A stretch of 36,572 nucleotides of DNA. Origin: Paraglomus brasilianum. Its lineage: Eukaryota. The notes below the pieces were generated by a model that saw nothing but the letters and a program-made list of their open reading frames with translations, was not told where the DNA came from and searched no databases. The DNA lies in assembly GCA_910592345.1 (NCBI GenBank), contig CAJVPI010000289.1, positions 1 through 36,572 on the forward strand, in the 5' to 3' direction. How positions within the stretch are numbered: position 1 is the stretch's first letter; every line of letters starts with the position of its first letter. The position numbers and the translations under genes were made by a program. Positions 27,191 to 36,572 of the stretch are shown here, in pieces.

Positions 27191-30100
27191 TTATAGTCCA
27201 TTTGCTGATGATATATCTGATACATCTGAACCACCATCAAACCCTATACCTTTCATTCTCTTCTTCCTATTCCATGCGCCATCACCATATAGACCATCCC
27301 ACTTCCTGAGTTCGCTTAAACTTGTCATATCTTCCGAGCATGAAGGCGTTATTTGTTTGAGTGCCAACTGGAAATGCTCGGATCTTAATATTCTTCTTGG
27401 AAAAGACGTTGAGTGCACCCTATCATCACTGTTTACTGTCTTTGTTGATTGTTTTGTGAGTATGTCTAAACGAGTGGCTTCACGTATTGCGGCCAATGCA
27501 GCGCTTATGCATAAATTCTTTAAATCGGATCCAGAATAAAGATGTGTTGTTTTAGCTAGGTGAGCCATTGATACTGCTGGATCAAGTTGTTCGTCACGAA
27601 GATGGAGACGCAGTATCTGTTCACGGTCTTTCTCTGTTGGTAAATCAACTAAATAATAACCCATTTGATTAATAAAGGCATACAGATGGAAGGATTATAA
27701 AATATGACATCGTGACATCGTTAATCGGTTATTTACCTAAAATTCTTCTTGGCATCCTTCGCAAAATCGCATCATCAATATCAAATGGACGATTGGTTGC
27801 ACCCATGACAAGTACACCTTCATTCTTTGATGTCAGCCCATCCCATTCGGCCATAAACTGATTGATGATTTCTCTATGTGCTCCATTATTTATGTCAGAT
27901 CTTCTAGACCCAAATATGGCATCAACCTCGTCCAGAAATATTACACATGGGGATAATTTACGTGCCAAAGAGAATATTGCCTAGAAGATAAATGTTATCA
28001 TTAGTACCTTCAATCGAAGCGTTAATTATTAGAAGAGTACACGACCATGATGCATACCCGAACGTTCTTCTCACCTTCCCCGACATACATATCATAAACA
28101 TCGCTAGATTTGATATCCAGTACTGTACTCCCACTTTCCTTAGCAACAGCCTTCGCCAGCATCGTCTTTCCAGTACCGGGCGGACCGAACAACAGCACGC
28201 CGGATATGAAATGTTTCCTTAGAACTCCGTAAGAGAAATAATCTGGTCGAAGTAGAGGCAATGTTATTAACGTTTGCAGCGTCTCAACTGTTGTCTGAGT
28301 CACATGGATATCTGAGAACCCCGTCTGTATATTAGCTGCACAGGAAACCAAACAGTTAATTCAATGTTCGATTTAGAAATTCCACCAATCTTCTTAGTCT
28401 CCTAAAACATTTTACCTGTTTCTACTATACATCCTGAAAACCTTTTTTCATACCTATCAAGTTCTCCTAGCTTAAGCGACTTTGAGTTGGCGATGTTCAC
28501 TTTAACGTCACCAACGCCAAGAACGCTAATCACGTTCTCAACGTCCTTGGTCCCTATTTTTGCACTATTTGAAACCGAATCTACAAAACTCTTGCGCAGG
28601 TTCTGGTTTACTTTTAAAATGTTTGCGGCTCTAATGAAGTGATCGGCCTCCAAATCAACTCTTCCATTTGAAGTTACAGGACCATGCCTATCAAGTGCCA
28701 ATCCTATTGCGTTCATTACTAGTCTATGAACTCGCTCGAATCCCCATACTTCAGTGTCTATTCCATCCAACCCAGACAATATCTGACCTAATTCTTCAAT
28801 GGTATTGCATTTGAAATATGCTCCTTTACTCGCCCCCACAGCTTTAATGTTCCGCGTATTAAGATGTCTTATTGCTAAATTCTTATCACGCGAAATCAAA
28901 TCTAGAAGCTTCTTGGCCACGTCATCTGACGGAGGAGGTATGGCAATGTGTGTGAACGAAACCAGCATTGCAGGATTGGGAAATATGTCTGAATTCATCA
29001 GATGCAATTCGTGTGGTACTACACAGGCTGAAGATGGTTTCTTCTCCATTGCAAACAATGATGGAGAATAACCAGCAATGATCAGAATTCTCTCACCCAT
29101 TCCTCTCCGAGTCTGAACTGCATCAACAAGCGAATTAACCAATTGAACTGTAAAATTGGATGGCGGTATATCTCCTATATCCTTAAAATAAATGATTTTC
29201 AATCTAGATGTAGCATCTCTCCGCGCGGTGTGCTCGTTTGAATCTGTTAACGGTTTCACCGCAACCAAAGCTTCAAAAAACTTATTGATCTTATCCATAA
29301 TCGCTTTCATATCTCCTCGCGTAGCTGCCGTATTGTTTGATCCATTGAAGGGTAATGCTTCCGAGTATGCTTTATTATCAAATGCAGGAAATTTAGTCAT
29401 ATGATGAGAAGCGTCATATGTTTCTTCTTCTTCAATGAAGACTTCCTCATCTACATCTTCTTCAGCTGACATGGACGATGCAGTCGAATATGGGGAGGCA
29501 GATATATATGGATTAAAGCCTTTCAGATCAGGAAATAATGGCCAAGGGGTAATATTGCTCTTCCGAGCAAAGGCATCAGCTGTTAATTCCATTAAATCTT
29601 GTCTATCAAACTTCAAGAGATCTGCATGCAAACATGCAGCAGTACTATTGACGATATCATCAAGATAGTAAGTTGCTCCTTCTAACGGACAGTTTAGCAG
29701 AAGGTGACCACGTTTGGCAGGAAGAGAATCGCTGGTCGGAGTTGCCAACAAATTAGCACGCGCACTGCATACAATCTCTTGGCGAATGCCCTCCTGTAAA
29801 GGATATTCCATTGCGTCAAATGACGCGGAATTCTCTGCGAATCTAATATAGTTTGTTTTTAGAAACTCGTCTGGAATAACAGGCTTGTACAACGCCAAAT
29901 TCTTGCCCGTACGTAGTCGCCCCCTCGATGTTGCTCCCATACGTCTTCGTCTTGCCGATCTTAAGACAAAATCAGCAACTTCATACCCATTACTATCGCG
30001 AGACTGTTGTGACTGTGCATCGTCAGGCGCTTGTCCAATTTTATCGATATCCTCCTTTGCACCGGCAGTAGGGTTTGATGTTGTCTCGTTCGATAAAGTT

Positions 30101-30303
30101 TCCTCCACCCCAACTTCCTTGATGGCGTCTTTGGTTGGTTTGAGCGGGGAGGGGGGAGTGTTGGGAGGGTCTTTTGGATTTGAGAATGCTCTTATATGTG
30201 TTGAATGAAATGCTCTTATATTCGCTTTTGCTACACGTGACACATTTATTCCGTGTTTTATTACAACTCTTCTTGATATTCTAGTTACAATTTGTTGATA
30301 CAT
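27191..30303 (-). CDS. AAA+ ATPase (Msp1/ATAD1-spastin clade) with long N-terminal region, probably mitochondrial; 4 exons: 30303-28416, 28335-28058, 27980-27737, 27648-27191
   Basis: Walker A GPPGTGKT, pore loop YVGEGEK, Walker B IFLDEVD, FMAEWDGL, SRH ATNRPFDIDDAILRR, YSGSDLKNLC, C-terminal WDGLYGDG; Arg-rich, acid-free N-terminus. Confidence 0.92.
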
Positions 30304-31306
30304 CGTTTAATTTGATGTTTCGCTAATATCGTTGGCGAATTCATCGGCTGTGTAATATCTACTTGTCCTTGCCCTATTACATCTGTCGACCTCAGATGCA
30401 TAAGATTTTCTTGGGCCAATGCTAATCACATGGAGAAACCGTAATACAAACATTTTAACGTGCTACACAATTGCGCCAAATCTCCAAAATAAGAAGGCCA
30501 CTATTACGATTGACTTTCATAAAACATAACCGTTTATCGTACTATTAAAAAGTACCTTAACGCAACAACGTTGCTACTTGTCTCGAACTGTACCTCCAAA
30601 ATGAATTTGCATTAGGAGTAAAAAGAACGTTTGTTTGCCTTGAAGAAGTTGTCACCTCTCTTGGTCTGATGCACGAACAAAAAGAATGCTATATAAACTT
30701 GTATGCTCCACCTTGTTATGTGCTTTCACGTTCGCTGCAATGTCTATAACATCTTTTTTGAACTCGTCTCATCCACCACCCTCACCCACCCTTCCGACTG
30801 ATTAGTCTAAGGCGTTATTAACCGGTTTGACTATGTTCTGGTTCTCCTCTCCCTTTGGAGACCTTGCCTCTACTAATACATCCTTCCACTAGCAATATTA
30901 ATGGCTCTCTCTCCCTCCACTGCCTCATATCTGATTGGGGATTATAAATAATAATTTTGCCCTGAGTAAGTAATATATACAGTATACTGATGAATAAATT
31001 GTTACGATGAGATCGCCCTATTAACTGAACAGTGAACTTATTTTATTACATAAATAATATGACTATTGACATCTTTGAGCTTCAAGAGTTATAATTCCGC
31101 TCTGATGGTACGCTCAGTATTATTCTAGACCTTTGAATGATGTAAACCATCATGAGGGATTACAGGCCCGTGTGAGACATGTAGATAAAATCGAAAACGT
31201 CGTTTGTCTGTATATGCTATATACGTGAACAACGAGTTTTGTATTGTTTAAAATTAATTGATATTACGTTCGGGAAAGTATGATAAATAAGATGAATGGC
31301 AGTCTA

Positions 31307-32850
31307 TTATAGTTCATGCAAGTACAATAAAATGGTTTTTCCATTATAGATAGCTACGCCTACATTAAAACCTATTATTACTAATAAGTTAGGAATAACA
31401 AGTACTGTCAGAGAATAGGCTCCCGCTGACTCCTTTTTTGTGAGATATCGAAGAAGAATATTACGAGAACCATTGATATCTCTATCAAGGTTTGTTTTAC
31501 ATTGGGGACAGCAAAACACCTTAGATCCACAAGTTTTACTTCTGTACAAATTATTACGTGCCTTATGGTGTTGAAAGCGATAATGTGATCATGTACACAT
31601 GACTCGAGCAGTCTTGGAATTAATGCGTCGTTGTCCACGTCGGACCATTCCTTGAGCGCGGAATTCGGGTAGTAATATTATGCGATAGTTTTATGATTAC
31701 AATCATCCACAAGACAGCAGATAAATAATAAATAAATAATTTAGTTAATAATTTTACTTGTAACGCCATAATAATAAATACAGTCGCGTTTACTTTGAAG
31801 CTTGTCGCATGCATGGCTTAACCGATAAACTCGGCCAATGTCATTTTTACCCTACTCAACAGCTACTCCACTTGGATCATAACCTGTCATGAATGTACGT
31901 ACACCTGGACCAGAGAAATCACTCCTCCTATTAAATTATTAAATATATTAATATAATTAATTAGAGTTTTAATTAATAGATAATATAATATAATAAAAAA
32001 TTTAGATCAATACCTTTTGAGATATAGGGCCTTGGTTTTCAGCCCGTATTTCAGGTGGTCTGGGTATACAAAGATAATATTCCCCAAGTCGATTCATAAC
32101 AAGGCGGCTATCATATTCAAACTTATATGGGAGAGCTTGATTTAGAAAGAAAGGAATATTCCCCACGAGACTTGCCCCAGCGTTTAGAAAGTATCGTAAT
32201 TGACTGTTGAGGATCCTTTTTTGAAGGGAGCTTCATCTTGAATTTTTTACGATTGGCAGCAAAATTAAAAGAATATACCATTTAAGTTCGGTATCATTGA
32301 AGTTTTTGGCGTTGAGACATAGCGCGCGTAGATCCTTCTTTTCTCGTTTGATACTTTCTTTTTCGACGGCGGTAAGGCACTGATTGTATGTCCATCGTGC
32401 TGTTCCCATCCATCTTCTGAGTTTCAGCCGCTCCTGCTGCTGGTTGGGATAAATGCGAATACGTTGTACCTTGCCTGCTGAAGGTTTCTTCACTTCCTTC
32501 TTGAACCTCTTAGGCGGCTTCTCTTCTCCTGCAATTTGCGGCCGAACGTAGTAGGTCTTCTGCGAGCTCTCCATTGGCATAAACTTCTGAACCGAGAACC
32601 ACGAGCCGTTTCCATTTTTTTTAAGATCCACTCCACAAGTTCGACACAAGCGGTCTTTTCGGGTAACCACCACTTCTTCGACTCCTCCTTTAGGGTATAT
32701 TCGTTCCAAAAGGGCCCTGCGTTTCCAATTGAGCCCTGAACCGATTTCGTGTCCTGTGAACTGTCCGTAGGTTGGGGAGCTGAGTACTTCCTTTTGTTTG
32801 AACCCTTTTTTGGCGCTGGTGGTGGTGATGGTGGTCGTGTTAGTTAGCAT
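31307..32850 (-). pseudogene. degenerate Fanzor2 (eukaryotic IS607-TnpB-derived RNA-guided endonuclease)
   Basis: RIRIYPNQQQ..LRRWMGTARWTYN (TnpB HTH/REC start), KKFKMKLPSKKDPQQSI, DSRLVMNRLGEYYLCIP, RuvC-I VISL(D)PGVRTFMTGY (1-nt deletion at 31909-31910), NYRIILLPEF, ARVMCT*SHYRF, IICTE (E at 31540-31542), half Zn finger CPQC, RuvC-III DRDINGSRNI (DRD at 31478-31486); multiple stops and frameshifts. Confidence 0.9.
31928..32013 (-). other. candidate 86-nt spliceosomal intron within the Fanzor gene
   Basis: AAG|GTATTG donor, CTAAT branch-like motif, TAG acceptor, very AT-rich, sits between ENQGPISQK and GVISL(D)PG. Confidence 0.6.
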
Positions 32851-33542
32851 TGAGGGGAGAGGTTATGTGTTTACGATTTGGATTTTCAAATGAGCAAAAT
32901 ATTGAAGAGTTTGGGGGATAATGTCTTAAATATGTTTATGGTTGTCAGTATTTGAATGGGAATAAAACATGCAATATTATATGGAGAACCTGAGACATGC
33001 AATCTCATATGGAGCCTACGCGCATAAAAATGTGGTTTGTTTAAGAATGTGAGTTAATCGTGTTTATGAAAATTGTGGAATGTTCGAAAATTTCCCTATG
33101 TTTAAAGAATGGGAATATGATTTGCAATTGCCCTGTCGAAAAATATATTACTCGCGATTGACGCATCTGGACGATCCAGATTTTCGGTAATAGTAAATAA
33201 ATGCCATCGCTGATCTTTGAGCAACAGCTACAAACCCGGAAAACAATACGCAATACATCCTCCTAGTGAAAGTGACACTGCGCTTTCACAGATATTGTAA
33301 GCGATGTACCCTAGAGGGGATATACTTTGTATATCGATAATGGAAATGGAAACGTGAAAATGGATGACCGATTTATGTAATGGCTTAGACTTACCCGAAT
33401 TCCATTGCGTTGTAGAAAACGGGTCAATATTATAAGTCACTAATCGCACATTGCGACAAGCATCCTAGTAAAGTAGTATATTGCATAGCTAGTCCTCCAA
33501 TGAGGTTATTTACTAAAATCTTTATTAGATAGCAACAAAACC

Positions 33543-35728
33543 TTAATATGTGTGTCTAATAGAGGAGCGCGAACTCCTGCTCCCAAAACCGCTCCGATCA
33601 CCATAGTCACCGCGGCCACCGTAGTCACCACCATAGTCACCGCGGCCACCGGAGTCACCACCATAGTTCCCGCGGCCACCATAGTCGTCGCGGCCACCAT
33701 AACTCCTACTTCGATGACTATCTCTATCATTATACCCACCTCGGCGGTCTATACTCGAGCGGAAGCCAGAACGGCGTTCGGAGCTGGCACCACGACCAGA
33801 AGATCGTCTACTATCGGTAAAACCCAATGCTTGTCTTAGCCTAGGACTTATATGCGGTGGAGGGTTAAGCCCGAAAGCTGCAGCAAATTCGGCTCCAGCA
33901 TCCAGGACGGTTTCTTTTCGAGCACCTATCACGTCGGATTTCCCTACATCTGATTTAATTAAAAAAGAAATTAGATCAATTTCAACACATTTCAATCAGA
34001 AACCGTTTTAGTTACTATTATTGCGCTTACAATATCCTAGGAAGGCCCGAAAAGCTGAATCTACCATATCAGCATCGAGCCGTTGTATTACATTTTCAAT
34101 GCTCGGATCCTCTTTATTTATTTCTGGAAACGATATTTCCTGTAATGGAAGACTGCTAACTTCACGCAAGAATTTCTTTTCAAATGGCGCCAGAACCAAG
34201 ATTCCTTTTCCTTCCTTCCCAGCGCGTCCCGTTCGTCCCAACCGATGTATGTATTGTTCCTTCGACGAAGGTGCACCTATTTGCAACACTAAAGTCACAC
34301 CAGGATAGTCTACTCCACGAGCTGATACATCTGAAGTTACAAGCATTGCATTCCGTGGTGCTTTCCTAAAACGCTCTGACACTCTAGACCTTTGATCCTG
34401 AGCCTTTCCAGAATGTATCTCAAAAACACTAACTTCATCTAGCATACGGAAAAGCTCTGCATATAACTGAGTCCCTAATCTTGTCGGGAGAAAGGCAATT
34501 ATTTTAGCGTTCTGGTGTTGCTTTTTGTGATCTCTAATAATATGTCTTAAAGTGGGAATGTGAGATTCCCAAGGACAAGCTATGTACGACTGCTTTACTT
34601 GTATATTTGTATTCACATCATTGGGATCTACCGTATCAATAAAAGTGTAATCTTTTCTAAGAGCGAATCGAGAAATTTCACGTATTTCTGGCGATATCGT
34701 AGCCGAAAAAAGGAAGGTCTGTCTATCTTTGGGGTAAAATTCAACTAATCTTTCAATATCTTGCCGGAATCCCATGTCGAGAAGCTGATCGGCCTCGTCA
34801 AGAACCAACTGTTTCAAGATAAAGATAGTCACACAAATATTCATCGGGCATTTTAATATTATACCTCTCATATGTTCATTATAAGGGCGAAACCGACAAA
34901 GCTTACCGTTTTAATACCTTCACACTGTCGTCTAAAGTCCTGAACACTTTCTATTAGATCAGTCAGTCTACCAGGTGTACCGACGACGATATCCACCCGT
35001 TTTCTCAACAAGTCTCTTATTTGCCTGCCCTTTGGCTCACCACCCACTAAACAGTGAACTTCGAAGTTATGAAAATATGTGATCTTCCTTGCTTCCTCTG
35101 CAATTTGCATTGCTAGTTCACGTGTAGGCGAGATCACCAAAATCGAGACTCGCCTTCCTCTGTCCCGCCTATCTTCCGTTCTCAATGCTGTCTGGATAGC
35201 AGGAATAAGAAAAGCTAGAGTTTTTCCTGTTCCCGTCTTCGCTTTGACGAATAAATCTCCGGTGACAGGCGACATCGACAAAACAGCGTCCTGAACTTTC
35301 GACATATTTTCATACTTAAACACTTGCTTAAGGGCCCGCTGAGTCTGTTCATCAATCATTTTTATCGAAGAAAACCGAGCAGGAACGTACTCTGCTTTTG
35401 AGACAGCGGGATTTTCTTCTGACTTGACAATCACGTCAGATAGACTGGAAAATTTCCGGCGTGTTTCCACTACACAGTACCACATTAGTGGTTAATAAAA
35501 TAGTCCATTGAGTAAGGTGCGAGTTCTTAGTACTTATTGTAACTGCAAAAAGCATTCCGTAGGCATACTGCCTGAAGTTTAAACCAACTAACGTCGAACT
35601 CTAGACTCTAGTTCGAAGACCGGCTTCCTTATTCGTCCATATTTGACGACGTTTTTGAGGTTAAGGGAATGGTTTAAGACCGTAGCTGTCCGATTCCAGA
35701 CATTTAATATTGAACTCTGTACAGACAT
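33543..35728 (-). CDS. MSS116: DEAD-box RNA helicase, Mss116/CYT-19-like; 4 exons: 35728-35593, 35469-34907, 34808-34031, 33949-33543
   Basis: Q motif MSKVQ, AKTGTGKT, SPTRELA, TPGRL, DEAD, SAT, SDVSARGVD, HRLGRTGRAG, Arg/Gly-rich tail; exon 1 inferred from an in-phase GTTAGT donor, so less certain. Confidence 0.88.
33598..33700 (-). repeat. coding tandem repeat (about 30-bp period) encoding GGRGDY units in the helicase tail
   Basis: CCATAGTCACCGCGGCCACC repeated; protein YGGRDDYGGRGNYGGDSGGRGDYGGDYGGRGDYG. Confidence 0.85.
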
Positions 35729-35777
35729 TTTTATTGCTCAAAGAAAGAAACGAAACGGAAACACCCTATAAAACTGG

Positions 35778-35821
35778 AAAATTTTTCTATCGCACGTGAC
35801 GGTTACATGGTACGCCACGTG
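35778..35821 (-). promoter_or_regulatory. RRPE-like GAAAAATTTT plus two CACGTG E-boxes upstream of the helicase
   Basis: RRPE-like 35778-35787; CACGTG at 35793-35798 (GTCACGTG on minus) and 35816-35821, 50-95 bp upstream of the inferred ATG. Confidence 0.35.
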
Positions 35822-36450
35822 TATTTCCGGGGGATGTAGTAAACAATGCATAATGTTGCTAATACCCTTGCATTTCGTAATACGATATTACAGTATTAAT
35901 CCGTGTCTAGACGCGATGGTTGCATTCTGACTTTCCGTGTGTAGCTTTGAGATACGACAGCGGAATCTGGGGATCATGATTACTTCCCCTGCAGTGAATT
36001 GTCTAACAATATCCAGTTACGTCATTATGATTGAGCGGAAGCAATCCTCGAGTATATGAAGCCACGCTAGTGTTGCTTTGATACTGTCTTGCAAAGACAC
36101 TGCTCTAGAACACCGTTGTTCATACTAAGATGTTCTTAACGTTGGCTAGGTAACTTCTTCGAGGTAAGTGTATTGTCAAATTGAACCGAGAGAAGTGCTG
36201 ACTGTGATACATTTTAATATTAAAAATTATGCGTCGAATAATCCCCATCGATACTGAATGCGTAATATGCTGAGTCTCACATTTAAGTGCATATTTTAAT
36301 ACATTCTATATCGGGGCGAACCTTTCATTACGTTCGCAATGTGAGACTAAAGAAAATCGCAAATCCTTTTGATGTTTTTACACTGCTTAAAAATCGGGTA
36401 CCAATTATATATGTAATCAGGCTTTGGGGTGATCGGCCACCAATTATATA

Positions 36451-36572
36451 CAGTCAACTCTGTCTATACCGGCATTGTCTATACCGGTTTTGCCTTTATA
36501 CCGGTCCAATTTCGCTGAACCAAAAAATTCCATATTAATCTCACCCTTTATAACGGCAGATCTTAATAACTC
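36451..36572 (+). mobile_element. terminus of a pogo/Tigger-like Tc1/mariner DNA element, truncated by window end
   Basis: TA|CAGTCAACTC terminus followed by subterminal repeats TATACCGG at 36465, 36480, 36497 and TATAACGG at 36549. Confidence 0.7.

Noticed and set aside
28799..30208. Plus-strand ORFs opposite the AAA ATPase (similar shadow ORFs lie over BEM1, YAT1 and the helicase)
   Set aside because: Antisense shadows of real coding sequence
32233..32850. 205-aa ORF as an intact standalone gene
   Set aside because: It is the 5' fragment of the Fanzor pseudogene, partly in the wrong frame and truncated by a deletion after ELKW

Overview
Eukaryotic, AT-rich fungal genomic DNA. Short GT-AG introns, a SCAI gene and the transposon relics suggest an early-diverging fungus, probably Mucoromycota (inference). 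Six intact host genes: BEM1/Scd2 polarity scaffold (4279-6060, -), a 14-exon SCAI homologue (13576-16493, +), a YAT1-like carnitine acetyltransferase (21240-23841, -) head-to-head with homocitrate synthase (24818-26441, +), a long-N-terminus Msp1/spastin-type AAA ATPase (27191-30303, -) and an Mss116-like DEAD-box helicase (33543-35728, -). The most notable accessory feature is a degenerate Fanzor2 (eukaryotic IS607-TnpB-derived RNA-guided nuclease) locus at about 31307-32850 (-). It has rearranged RuvC motifs, a candidate spliceosomal intron just before RuvC-I, a frameshift-hidden N-terminus, a 3' hairpin where the omegaRNA is expected, and direct repeats upstream. The intergenic DNA holds a mariner transposase relic with a nested MITE, a Ginger2/KRBA2-like integrase relic, two further MITE-like elements and the left end of a pogo-like element at the window edge. 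Exon structures and relic translations were read by eye and have not been checked against any database.
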